The position numbers and the translations under genes are program-made. This document shows positions 1 through 12,900 of a stretch of DNA of 45,224 nt, one piece after another. The stretch covers positions 1 to 45,224 of the forward strand of contig NKIB01014299.1 of NCBI GenBank assembly GCA_002256025.1. Direction: 5' to 3'. The notes below the pieces were generated by a model, which did no database searches, was not told where the DNA came from, and saw only the letters and a program-made list of their open reading frames with translations. Each line of letters starts with the position of its first letter. The first letter of the stretch is position 1. This DNA comes from Asterionella formosa (taxonomy: Eukaryota).

Positions 1-962
1 CGAAATCTTCAGCATCAACATCCATTTCTACTTTCTCAATTGAAGTAGATGATGAACCTTTGTTTACCTGTTCCCTCAATCATCCAATTTTGGCAAACAA
101 TATTCAATATCCTCTGGAATATTACTCAATACATGATAGACAATTGCTGGATATACAATTGATTCTCAATCAAACAACTCATCTCATTCTCAATCAACAA
201 ACCAAACACATCTGTTAAATTTTCCCTCTATCAATTTTCATCATATACATTTCATGTATTTTGTAAAGAATCCAGGAGATACTTGACGTATTGTTATTCC
301 TACATCACTATCGAATCCTATGGTACAGTTACTTTTCAACAAACTATGCATACAACGGAACGAATTAATATCCATTACATCAAACCTTTTCAAAGGTAAA
401 AGGTTTTCCCTTGGTGTGGGAGAGTGAGCGATCTTGCGCATCAATACAAATGTATATAGGGTTAGTGTTATATCATATATGTATCAGAACTCAATAATGA
501 GAGAACTCGACTAACCCTCATTGTATACTTTGGTGTCGACTTGGAGAACGAGTTACACACAAGGATTAACAAATAAGCTCATATATTCAACAAATACTAC
601 TACTTCTAGTTAGATACTTCACCTGGTACCGGTACCTTTATTCCAGCCACTCTTACTGTACCAGGAGTACCTGTTACCAGCTACCAAGTAAATTTCAAAG
701 CTTCATGCACTTTTTTTAATGTACCGGTATATAAATAATATTTCATTTTGGCATCAAAAGCAACAGACGTGATTTTCTCAGTACTGGAATCCTGCAAAAT
801 GATATCTTTTATCATATTCTTTAGGAAATATTAGTAAAATGCTTCTCCGTAGAAGTCTACAGATCTCAACGACAAGCGACTGTCGATTCATTTTGTGTTA
901 TATGATGCTCTCACTTTTTACCTTCACTTCAAGCACCAAACTATCAAACCGGCAGTTGTAAA

Positions 963-2066
963 ATGTTCGCTTCTCGCTTCGCTCGTCTTGCCCTTCTAGC
1001 CGCACCTACTTTTATCCTTGGATCAGAATCAGGCAAATATGACTATCACACTGACAGCCCTTATGGTCCATCCAACTGGGGAAGTCTACCGATTGACCAC
1101 AACTCATGCAATGGGAAGAAGAACTCTCCCATTGCTGTTGAGACTTCTGCTTGTGATGTGAAAGCTGATTACATTTTTACAGTAAGTTAACTCAATGGTT
1201 TCATTATTATGGAGGTGGGTGATGAAGAACCCACAAACAAGAGGAACGATGCATGCTTTATTTGTTTTGCCAGCAGTGACCTTCCTAAGCCAAACTCACC
1301 CTTTATTTCCCATTTTGAACAGAATGAAGATTGCACCATTGCTGATATGACCTTCACCATTAGCAGCGGTGGTGTCAAGGCTGAATTCTCTGGGAACTGC
1401 ACCAAGGATACAATTCAAATCCCTGGCGTGGATGGAACATTTGAAGCCCTTCAGTTCCATATTCACTTGAGTTCTGAACACACTATTGACGGTGGACATT
1501 TCGGCGCTGAGCTACATATCGTCCACAAGCAGACAGATGGCGATCGATTTGCTGTTGTTGGCATGATGCTTGATGCCAAAAACCCTGAGAATCATGGCAC
1601 TTTTGAGTACTTTGTGGAGGGCTGGACTGCCATTTCTAAGCAGACTGCACAGACTTGTATCACTTCTTCCCGATTGGGAGGGAAGCGTGTGCGAGAACGT
1701 GATCGTCGAAACCTTCAACAGTTTGATGCCTACAGCCTAGTCCCTAAGGGCTCATCTTTCTACCATTATGATGGTGGCCTCACGACTCCTCCTTGCTCTG
1801 AAGTTGTTTGGTGGAACCTTGCCGATACCACTGTGTCCATCTCGGTTGCACAATATTCTCACTTGACTAAATTTATCATGGAGTACAGAAATTCTACAAC
1901 TTGTGAATTGGCCAGCATTGCTTCTGATTCTGGATCTACCAGTCGTCCTGTTCAAGCTCTCAATGGTCGTGTGGTAACACGTATCTGCCCTACTACTTAT
2001 TCTGAGCCCATCGGTAAGGGCAGCAAGGATGGGAAGGGAAGCAAGAATGGTAAGCAAAGAGAATGA
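963..2066 (+). CDS. Secreted alpha-carbonic anhydrase, 2 exons (963-1181, 1323-2066), about 320 aa
   Basis: Hydrophobic N-terminus; GPSNW and NSPI motifs in exon 1; Zn-ligand motifs QFHIH, EH and AELHIVH; GGLTTPPCSE-V-W; RPVQ. A phase-0 intron 1182-1322 (GTAAGT...CTCAC...AACAG) joins the 963 and 1209 ORFs in frame. Confidence 0.93.
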
Positions 2067-3035
2067 GCATAAACGAGACTTACAAGAAGCTGTTTTGGAG
2101 GCAATACCTTTCTGTTCAGATGCTCAACAACACTTGTTTCCACAAGCTCTCATTCTATGCTGATGAGATGCAGCAAGCTACAGTTTAATGTGAAGAACAA
2201 TTTCCTTGCCCCTCTTTGGACTGATAGAATAGATTTTAGTCTATTACCTGAGTTACCGGTAGTTGGATTTAATAATGGCAACTTTCGTTTCACTGGATTC
2301 TCTTATGATTAGGTTTATGGGGAGTATGCTTTCCAAGAAAGCGTAACAGTACTCCCTATAGACACCTAGCCCTTCTAGTAGGGCTGGGATTGGGCATGGT
2401 ATGATTAAAGATAGAAACATGGAAGGGTGTAGTCTTTACTGCTTTGCTTAGGACTCTCTTGTCTACTCAATCTTGGAGTAGGACGAATAGACTAGGAAAA
2501 TGATAATTGAGTATATCTGGTAAAGGCGAATTCAATAGGAAATTCAGCCTGCACAACAGTGCAATGTCCATAGACGAGATATCCTGGATAAATGGGTGTG
2601 GTTTACAGAATTATTGAAGACTTTTTACGGAATTTACAACACAACATTGTCTTGCCTTGGTCCATTTAGCTTGCTTTTCAAGTCAGCACCAGTGCTCAGA
2701 CCAGTTGTCAGTTCTTTTTCAGGTATGCTTTCGGAGTCAATGTGTTCGATTAAACCATTATGAGCTTACTATTCTTTTCAACTGCCAGGGTGTGAAAGTG
2801 GGGGAGCAGTTGATCCATCATTCATGCCCCAGGCTACGACAGCAACCTTTGCCGCTTTTGCCTAGGACTCACCCTTTACCCAAACTTGAAGTAGGAGTAG
2901 GAAAAATAGACTAGGAATAGTAAATTTGAGTGATGGTAGAAAGTTTAAGAAGTAATCAGTGAGTAAAAAGAAGGGTCGTCACTCATAATGCGCTTTCTAA
3001 GGCCTCGTTGTTACATGTGGTTTTTCCATAGCACG

Positions 3036-3324
3036 CCTGTCAACAAGCCCTGTACTACGCTAGTTTTGTTAGCGTAGGTGAGTCCCAACTATCTTTTGTG
3101 AGAGGTGATCATATCAGCCGCAACTGCCTAGGAAGGCGGAAAAAGCTGCTGTAGGGGGGGGGGGGGGGGCAACCCCCTTTTCCTTGCACCCCAGGCAAGA
3201 TTGCGCAGGACAGTAAGGATTGTAGGAGTTGAACCCAACAGTTACTTCTAAAAAAAGATGGCGGGAATCAAACCACACATGCTCAGATCAAATGCAATGT
3301 GCTCAACCAACTAAGTTATTCCCC
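3036..3324 (-). repeat. tRNA-headed dispersed repeat (SINE-like), copy 1, with internal deletion and expanded G tract
   Basis: Shares TAGTTTTGTTAGCGTAGGTGAGTCC and the rest of the body with 5438-5604, 6596-6791 and 38194-38550. The minus-strand head reads GGGAATAACTTAGTTGGTTGAGC...GGTTTGATTCCC (A-box and B-box like). Confidence 0.8.
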
Positions 3325-3839
3325 TACTCTGTAAGTACTAATATCAGTTCAGAGTACAGTTTACGATATACTACTCTGTTGACAACCTTAGTTTCACTTG
3401 TGTGTTTTCAAATAAAAGAGTGAGCTTAGACTAGAAATAATTTTTAAATGAAGTTTCGATTGAAACATGGCAACCCTGACATGTTTCTGAAATTAATTGT
3501 CTTTTGTTCCTTGGAGGCGAGGTTCTTCATAATTCCTGTAGGTGCGGTAGCAAATCCTCTTCCTTGCAACATGTATATCCATCTAACCTGCCTAGATAGA
3601 TTCTAAGACATAGATTTTCCTTGACTGGATCCTTCTTTCAGGTAGTTTTTCAGGAAAATTTGATTTTTCTTCAATCCTTAGGACAAAACTGATTAGTTTC
3701 ATTAATCACTATCATTTTAAGGTTAGTGAACTTGGTTGGTAAACATAGGGGAAACCTTTCAACGTTTGCGATTTACTATCACTATACTCTCTTTCCTGCA
3801 TTGAGTTCGCCCTTCAACAATGATTTTATCAAATGTCTC

Positions 3840-3985
3840 AAGCTTATTAATCTTGGTACATAATTGTTCGTTGTTCCATCGAATAAAGCGAACTTTGCTG
3901 ATAATGCTTGGTACTCTGTCTCCATAGTAGATAGGGCTATTCTGGTCTTTAGCTTCGATACCCACAGTGGCAGACATTCTGCTAG
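3840..3985 (-). mobile_element. Ty1/copia RNase H remnant
   Basis: Translation PLWVSKLKTRIALSTMETEYQALS matches the copia RNase H pattern W-SK-Q--IALST-EAEY-AL; the flanks are degenerate. Confidence 0.6.
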
Positions 3986-4040
3986 CGTTTGCCTGCTAAT
4001 AGAAAACATCATATTCATATGATGCATCTTATGATGATGA

Positions 4041-4435
4041 TCACCTGATCATATTATTTCAATATATCATCTAATAAGTACAATAATTATTGTCGTAAAT
4101 TAAATAGTAACCTTTTCGACTATACATATTCAATTATTTTATGTAGTGCATCTAATTTTTCCTGTAGTTAAGTTTCCTCATGATATGTTGAACCAGCAAA
4201 AGTGATGTGCTTTGATTCATCATCCTCACCAGTCCTCACTGTATTTCTTTCTACAACAACAAAACAACAATGACGTGATAAATGATTGTCTGTGATAACA
4301 TCTTCAATAGTTGTTCAAGTCATCATTCTGTTTTGATTAATTACTATCTTCAGACCACAGTATGTTGTTCACAAGCAGCAATCATTTAGGAGTTCAAGAG
4401 GAATCATGTAAAAATGGGATGGTTTGGAACACGCA
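4041..4435. repeat. Dispersed AT-rich repeat related to 22422-22810 (and 30369-30757)
   Basis: Shared CACCTGATCATATTATTTCAAT...ATAATTATTGTC-TAAATTAAATAG-AACC-TTTCGACTA block, followed by patchy colinear similarity. The 3' boundary is approximate. Confidence 0.65.
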
Positions 4436-5437
4436 CATAGATTTATGTATACCTAATCCATTCCAGGAACATCGAGCAGCGTTACAAACTTAATTAATTC
4501 TTCAAACATCATTTATTATAGAATATCACATTCAAGAAAGAATACAATAGTCGCAAAAAGATTGTCTGAAAATGCACAAACCGTCAGTTGGGTAAATTAG
4601 TGTTATCATGTTCGTATCTACATTTTTAGTAGCTTGGACGTGTGTCTCTATTTTGGCTTAATCTTCAAAATTGAGCAAACAACGACCTAAACCAATTTTA
4701 ACGGCGAGTTCAGTTTTTGCTGTCAAAATTAATGACATTATTCAATAATAATTAAATCGTCTATGTTAACCTAGAAATAGGTGCGAAATAGGAATGATTC
4801 ATTGTCAATTTTTGTGGAGATATTGAGTCCGATCAGTTCATCATGGTCAAGACAGAGATGATGAATTGTCTCATCAACCCCCTATTACAGCAGTGCAAAA
4901 TCAAATATAATTATGTATACCAAGCTGGAATAGACATGGAGAACTTGTCATGTGCAAATAGGATTCAGATGCCAGGACAGGTACATCACGTTTCGGTCTT
5001 CAGACTTGTGATGCATATGCTAAACCCCTAAATGGTCTCCCAATTATTATGCAAACCTTTTAATATGCCGGTACAAACCGTGATTGTTGTTTGTCCTACA
5101 TATGTAGCTATGATACCAGTTAAAAACTGCTTTGAACCTCTACTAGTTCATTAGGTTCAATCGATTAGTACGACTAAACACTGAAATAATCATTTCTAGC
5201 ATCGTAGATGCTCCAACAAGATGCGTTAATTTTGCTATATTTTGTTCCATGTACGACTTCATACCGGCAATAATGATTCCAATTCCAAATTGATACATGT
5301 GTCTTGTCTTGATATCCTTTTAATAAACCAACCCAACCGGCTTGTTGTTCCTATATGTATTTACCTTTAATCTGATTTCGCCTAAAATATTGAAACCAAT
5401 CTGTAAGCAACATTTTAGTTATTATAAAAGTTAGTAT

Positions 5438-5604
5438 GTTTTATAGCCCATTCGTAATCCCCTATTTCTAGGCAAGTCTGTCATTGTGCTACCTGCCGAC
5501 AAGACCTGTGCTTCCCTAGTTTTGTTAGCGTAGGTGAGTCCCCAACCACCTTTCGCGAAAGGTGATCGTCTTGGCCGCAGCGTTAGGGAAAACTCAGACC
5601 GCCT
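5438..5604 (-). repeat. tRNA-headed repeat, body/tail half of copy 2
   Basis: Colinear with 38194-38371; ends at GACCGCCT; contains the 18-bp perfect palindrome CACCTTTCGCGAAAGGTG (5547-5564). Confidence 0.8.
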
Positions 5605-6595
5605 TTTTATGATGGACGGGTTTTGGCTGTTTTGCCCTAGTGGCTGCATAGGAACAATCTATCTTCCCGCCATAAATGAATAGATTGGTTTTGTTTTATT
5701 CACAAGCATTAGGTTTATATCTATAGATTTACTTTTATATAATGAAAGAAAAAGAATAAAAACTCGAAGTTGAAAAGTATAAGTCTCTAGCATTTAGAAT
5801 ACTATACTATTACTATTCTATTTCTATGAACTCCTCCTCATTTTATTTCTATTTATTTATATTTATTCTTATGTTTCCCCAAAATCAATTACATCCAGTT
5901 TAATGATTTCATCGGAGAAAGAAGAAGTTGCTACTCCAAATCCACGTTCGCTCGTGCATCTCACAGAGACATCCAAGGAATTTTCCAAAAACTCTTGCAC
6001 CTCAGCATATCTCCCAGCAATGGGAAGGGGAGCATTTTTGATCAAATTTCTGCCAAGAAACCTAACATGACAACAAGCCTTGCCATCCTCCCTTGTGTCT
6101 TCTCCATTTTCTTTCAACAAAATAACCACAAAAATGGTGAATGTCACAAGAAGGGTCATTGTTGTTGGCCTTGAGGCCCAAGACTTGTCCATCAATTTTC
6201 GTTTCCATTTTGGTGATCCCAAATTTTCGTTTAGCAAGACATTCCTACTCTTGTTTGTTGTATTTGTAGTCAGCCACTCTTAATTATCGCATACCACTGC
6301 TCTATGTTGAGCAAAACAGCTACGCTGGCTAGGATTATACAAGTAAATTCAATAGCCCTAAATGATGCACATGTATTGCAATATAGCATTATACTTGCCT
6401 CGATATACTTATCTAACCGACATCCCTGCAAGCGGCATCGCCTCGCATAGAGTATGTACATTGCTTCTACAGAGGGCTTCTTTGAAGGACGTGGATCGAG
6501 CCGGGTTTGTCGTTGAGCGTGTTGCAGCTATACCGGAACAGTGGGAGTAGATTATTGACATTCCCGCAACTTTTTCTTGAATGCGACCATATACC

Positions 6596-6791
6596 AGGAA
6601 GGCGGCACAAGCTGCTTGTATGGGGGGGGGGACAACCCACTATTTCTTGCATACCAGGCAAGACCGTGCGGGACGGTAAGAAGTGTGGGAGTCGAACCCA
6701 ACAATTGCTTCTCAAAAAATAGCGGGAATGGAACCTCACAACCTCAGATCAAAGGCAACGTGCTCAACCAAATACCGTAAGCCATTCCCTT
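6596..6791 (-). repeat. tRNA-headed repeat, head half of copy 2
   Basis: Starts at AGGAAGGCGG, exactly where 5438-5604 stops relative to the uninterrupted copy. Two B-box-like motifs on the minus strand (GGTTCCATTCCC, GGTTCGACTCCC). Confidence 0.8.
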
Positions 6792-6909
6792 TTTCAACCC
6801 TACTATCTACTATAATCTAGGGTTAAGAAAGTATAGGAACCTAAAGCAAATTCACTTTAAGCAAAGTTATTGCTCTTTAAGCAAATTTATGCTTAAAGTT
6901 GACTATGGG

Positions 6910-7270
6910 CCGAAACGTCATCATTGGAACAGTAGTCATGCTCCGGAATTTATTATTTATTAGTCCTAAACTCTCATCCAAAAAATTCCGTTGTAAGTGC
7001 CCGCTTCCACATAGCTACATCATATGATTGGCAGCTCCACACAGGCAGAACTTTTTGCTTTAGCATCGGCTGTTACGTTTATCTCGGAATTTATTAAGCT
7101 GAACCAGGCAGTACTCCCATTTTTGTTGCCTACATCACTGATCTTTTGCATACACCAATGGAAGAATTTCCAGAACATTTTGTTCCCGGCACAAATCCGT
7201 CAGAAAAAGCTATTATTAAGAAGGCAATTTAGCAGACATGCCAGATTGGGAGTATCCTCACCCTGAGGGT
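6910..7270 (+). mobile_element. Possible non-LTR retrotransposon RNase H remnant
   Basis: GSSTQAELFALASAVTFI and a downstream MPDW resemble LINE-type RNase H motifs. Frameshifted and weak. Confidence 0.3.
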
Positions 7271-8016
7271 TACCTATCTACTAGATGGGGGTCCGCTATA
7301 ATGGCAACATCAGAGGAACACCACCTCCAGACAGCTCACAATTGGTCTTCAAAGGCAATTTTACAGCTCTGGTCAAATGGCAACAAAGGCCTGGGACGAG
7401 AGGAACGAGGTTCTCCACAATTCGGTCCATTACACTTTTTGCATAAAAGTGTCCGAAAATGCATAATGAGTTACTTTTTTGACTAAATATGTAGCGAATA
7501 AATATTAATTTATATCAATGATAGAAAATTTTCTTAATTAAATTTTTAATGACCCTTTTTCTTAGTAAAATGAAAATCAAAAAATATAAACAAATTTTGT
7601 ATTACTGTATAAATTCTCAAGAATTCGGATGCATAATGTATCAGATTTACTTTCGTTTTCGACATGGAACACATCATACATACATACAACAAAACTGGTA
7701 ATTCATTTGTATATCATATACAAGTACACTATGATAGGCACTAGTAGGGTACAACACAGGTACCAGGTACTGGTGGTTCAATAGTATATCATGTACAAAA
7801 TTACTGGTGTACGGAGTACATGATAGCAGTCGTGTTGGCAGGTATTGTATTTCAATGCATTTGCCCCACCCTGATAAAAAAATCTATCTCAAGCCACACT
7901 CAGGCAGATATAATACAAATACCCTGTACACCATCCATTAACTGCCTATTCATACACGTATAAACTTATATGTATGTATCATACATATGTTGTATCGCCT
8001 ATTGCCACATCAAAAT

Positions 8017-8134
8017 TGCAAGAACACGTTCTCGTACAAAAAGGTGATTGGTATCTATAGAAGGTGGATGGTATGATGCAAGAACATGTTCTTGTACAAA
8101 CAAGGTGACATTGGTATCTATAGGCAGGTGATGG
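8017..8134. repeat. Imperfect tandem duplication, period about 60 bp
   Basis: TGCAAGAACAyGTTCTyGTACAAA..AAGGTGA..TTGGTATCTATAG..AGGTG.ATGG occurs at 8017 and 8077. Confidence 0.85.
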
Positions 8135-9203
8135 ACAGTACATTTTAACATTTTCTTGTCTATACTTTCTACATTCGGTATATATATATAGAGCGAAATA
8201 TAAGATATATGCTTGGCTTACATACTAATACTAAGTATTACCAGTACTTGCATGTGTGTTTGTACTGCTGCCTGTGGTATGGGGCCGACGAGACAGCAAA
8301 TCCATCTTGACCATGACGAAATTATTGGTCTGAATATCTTCACGAATAAGGTATGTAGAATAACATAGACGAGATTATCGTTGAATAATAAAAATTTTGC
8401 ACTAGTATTGACAACAAAAAGTTGAAATCGCTGTTGGAAGTTGTTTTCGGTCGTCAATTGCTCAGTTTTTAAGATATTACCAACATAGCGACAGTTTTGA
8501 GTCCGCGGTGCCTAGTTTGATAACTTTGACTAGATAAGGTTTTCTATGTTTTGTAGAAATAGATGAGAAAAATTGAGCGTCAGTATTCTCGGAGAGGGCC
8601 CAACATCTCAAAATGCAAGAAATACCTCAACGTCAATTTTGTAGTGACCTTAATTTTCACACTAATTGTCGTGGTTCATATTTCTATGGAATCTTGATTA
8701 GGGGGTTAAATTTAGTCATAAATGCGACATCTATGTTTACACTACTTGTCCTTCACGCGACTAGATAATCGGGACAACATCTGCATATTTTTTGCACTAC
8801 AGGTAATGGTGGCATTATTTTGTTCGACCTAGTATATGCCCAGTAGATACCGATACCACTTTGTTTCTATGTAGGGTAAGGATGGCTAAAGCTTTAATTA
8901 CAGCACAATTACCAGTATCGGAACTTCCACAGATGCGTACCGGCAGTACCTGGTACCAGGTACACGGTTACTGGTAGTTAAGAATCATTAATATGGCTCG
9001 TACTGGCAGCATAACGCTTATACCCGTCGGTACATTTAACACCTGGCTGTAAACAAGTTTGCAACCATATATGTGTGTGTTTACCTGTACTTTACTCGTC
9101 AGGTTGAACTGGTACCAGGTTAACAGGTACTCTTAGGTAGCGACAATCATAACATCACTATTACATTCAGGTATGAATATAAACTTAGGACTACAGTGCT
9201 ATT

Positions 9204-9451
9204 TATTAGGTCAGAACAGCTGGATATGTTCCGATCTTGAGAATTTGAGAAAAAGGAATATGTATGCTTGCATACCACGTCAATTTGGGGATTACGTATG
9301 CACTATTTACGTATGGAATCAGTACCACCCTACAGGAAGAGAGGAATGGATTGACCATTAGAGATCATTTCCATTTTTCACAGTTTATATCATAATTTTA
9401 GTTTACGTTTTACATTTTAGCCTCTATTATCCGGTATTGCCACTGAGAATA
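9204..9451 (+). repeat. 5' LTR (248 bp; lacks a 24-bp segment present in the 3' LTR)
   Basis: 9211-9451 aligns without gaps to 16374-16614 with 11 mismatches in 241 bp by my count. Starts TATTAGG and ends GAGAATA. Confidence 0.92.
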
Positions 9452-9989
9452 TCGTCACTGTTAAAGACGGTTTCTGGTTAACAAGAATAGCCAGCCCATT
9501 TTCCTTTACTAGTTTATCAGGACCCATTCCGCTCACCGTGAGCAAGTGAAGAAAGAGAAGACGAGTCACTGCGAAGCAACGGTGTGATGTCTGCCTAAGT
9601 TACAGTGAATACTGGCTGACAGAGACAGGAAAGAAGTCAACAGTTTCAAGGACAACTTTGCAGGTGTCGAGCTTAGGACAAGGAGTCGGCATTGATCAGA
9701 GTAAAGAATGCTCTGCTGGTATGGATACGCATGTCTTTGGACAATACTAGAAAACCGAAAGTGGCTGCAAGCCCCAACAAGGAAGAGAAACCTGTTGAAA
9801 TCTCATATATAATCACTCCGTACAGAGTATAAAACAACTCTTGATAGCAACAAGACAAAACACCACCAACAACAACAACAGTTAAACAATGAGTACACTT
9901 CCAATAATCCCAGAGATGTATGAAATGGCCTGAGATGACAATGATGAAGACATTGATAATGAAGCAGATGTGGAGACTGAACTCGGAAC

Positions 9990-12900
9990 AATGTTAACAA
10001 AGCAACATAATGGGCATTGAAGATGAATTCAAAGAAATATTACGAAGCAATGGAATCATTACTATGAATATATTTTTCAGTTTCATTTGAAGACCAATAT
10101 TGCAAATCTTATCCATGCTGGGAGAATCAAGATACAGAATATACAGAGCAATCATTGTAAAGATACTTACTGTGAATGAAAAAAACAAAGAAGGAGGATC
10201 CTTGTGCAATGTGGACATGAATACAATTCACAATATCCTCACAAAACCAGAATACATCAGCACGTACAACACTCACAAGAAAACATTGCGTGAATCCCTA
10301 GAATTTGCTTGGAGAAAACATAACCTACAAACGTTGCAATCAGAAATATCAAGGCAGGCATTGTCAGAAGAAGAAAGAAAGTAGTCGCAACAGCAACCCC
10401 ACACCACCAGGGGAAGACACTGCAACCAAGTCAAGTTCCAGAACAACTATATGCAAGCAACAACAATGTTGAGCCTGACCCAGAGGAGCCACTTTCCAAG
10501 AACTCTGATGCCGCATTATATGCACAATCTGTAGCTATGAGGAACCTAACGAATCCTAGTGGCTATAAACCAATGGTAATTACCAAAGAACAGCGAGTAT
10601 TTCCACGGACAGGTTTAAGTTCGAAAATTCGATGGAATGGACAAAGGGAGACGTTTGCAAGTTTTCGAGTTGCTTTTGAATGACAACTGTATATGTCGCA
10701 ATGCGGGTATGCAATATCACCATCCTTTGTTCAAGCATATGTGTCGAAAAAAGAATCATGTTTAGATGACTTCCCCGAGATAGGTATACACCTTCAACAA
10801 CTAAAAGCAGACAGTGCATACATATTTGGAGCAATAGTGACTTTGTGTAATGGGGCAGCGATAACACATCGGATGCTAGAACGTCATAGAACTACACAAG
10901 ATGGGATACTAGCTTGGCATGAATGTGTAAATACATACATGTTGGGAGGAACAAAGAAATTACAAATGGCAGCACATGAGCAAGTTATCCAAACTAAGTA
11001 TTACCCTGGTTACCATAATGGCATTGTGGGTTTTGTCGACGACTACCGGGGCGCATTCAATGGCCTTTTTGGATTACAATGCATTTATACAGATGCAGAA
11101 ATGGCAAATAGATTGCTTAACAACGTATGTACACCAGAGCTTAGTACCATCATTGATACATGTACAAGCAAAGGATTCAGTTTCATAGAAACCTGTAACC
11201 ATATACAAGACTACGGAATAAGGCGGGTTGCAGCTTTTGAGGCTATGAATAGTGCATCGATGGCACAAACAGTGGTATCATCTGATCGATGTGCCTCCGA
11301 TATAACAAGTGTATGACGGTCACAAAATTGTTAAACACTATGGCACAAAGACGACAGAACCGAAATCCCAACCGGTACCCAGATGGACTTATGATACCCC
11401 GTTCCATATGGCAACAGTTGACCCCAAGTGCAAGAAGTGAAATTCAACACATAAGGGATAATATCATGTCATCTTCGACCAACAGCAGTATCCCACCATC
11501 AGGAGGTTCCACTTCACAGGATACTACTACTTCAACGCTTGTTAGTGACCCCCCAATTGTCCCCAAATAATATTCCAATCCGGCAGAATGCACGTGCAGT
11601 GAATATGTCAATGCAATCAACCCACCAGATTGAAATGCAACACCATCAAGATGACCCGGACGCAGAACAGCTTATTTCCTTCTTACTTACTGAGGTGTTA
11701 CACCAACATGAGGAAAAACTATATGATGGTATGCGCTCCATCGTCTATACCGCGCATACTCGAGACATTGCAATGGATACCACCATATGCAACCGCAGAT
11801 ATTTACTATCCTGAATGAACATACTTTTCTACTAAGTATAGCAGACGATGGGGCAGATACTTGTGTCATTGGAGACGGATGGCTGGCATATTGAGTCATA
11901 TACATCACGAAAAGCCAAGCAACCTTGTTGGGTTTGATGCAAAAGCTTCCCGTAAAACTGGAATTCCCATTGTCAGTGCTGTAACTGTAGTGGAGACACA
12001 AGGGCACAAATACCTTCTCCGTGTGCATGAAGCCGTTTATAATCAAGGCAGTCCTTCCACCCTGCTCTCAGAATCTCAATTACGAGAGCATGAGTGCATT
12101 GTTGATTCTATTTCCACTAAGCACCCAACAAGTGTACCAGGCAGGAATGTAGGACAGTGTTTCCTTCCCCGTACTCATGTATACATCCCTTTAATCATTA
12201 ATGGAGGTCTTATGACATTTAGGCATCATGGGTTACCAACAGAACAAGAATTAACATCATTAAAACCTATCAATATCACAGCAGATTCCCCTTGGGATCC
12301 TAACTCCACTACAGTGACCCATGGTTATCATTGATGTCATTACAGCAAGATATCTCAGTCCAGGTACATAACATTTTACACATGGAAGAAGACAAAATCT
12401 GCACCTTACCATACATACTTTTGGACTCTACCCATGATACATACAAGAACCCTATGGGCTTGGAATTAAACCCAAATCTCGCAGCTGAGAAACCAAACAA
12501 AATGTGTCATGCTCTTGTCCTTTCTACTGCTCGCATTGTCAATCCTAACATTGATGCCCTCAGACCATACCTAGGTTTCCAATCAACTGAGGTCATATCC
12601 CACACCTTGGCCAAGACAACACAGATGGCTAAAACTATAAACCGCTATCCCCTTCGACGCCATGACATTAAATCCCGCTTTCTTCAAGCTAATCGGCAAC
12701 GCCTCAAAGAGAAGGTAGCAACTGATACATTCTTTGCCAACTGCCGCGACATTACTGGAAATACTTGCGCACAGGTCTTCTATGGAATCACGTCCCACGT
12801 TATCAATGTCTATGGTATGCCTTCAGAAGAAAATGGTGCCCCTGATGCCTACAATGATTTTCTCCGGCATGAAGGTTGCCCCACCATTTTACATCGAGAT

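Noticed and set aside
458..518. TAGGGTT telomere-like words and a 9-bp inverted repeat
   Set aside because: Isolated single units, not tandem arrays; compatible with chance or old element ends.
1209..1322. N-terminus of the 285-aa ORF as the real CA start
   Set aside because: Lies inside a canonical intron; the signal peptide and N-terminal CA motifs are in the upstream exon.
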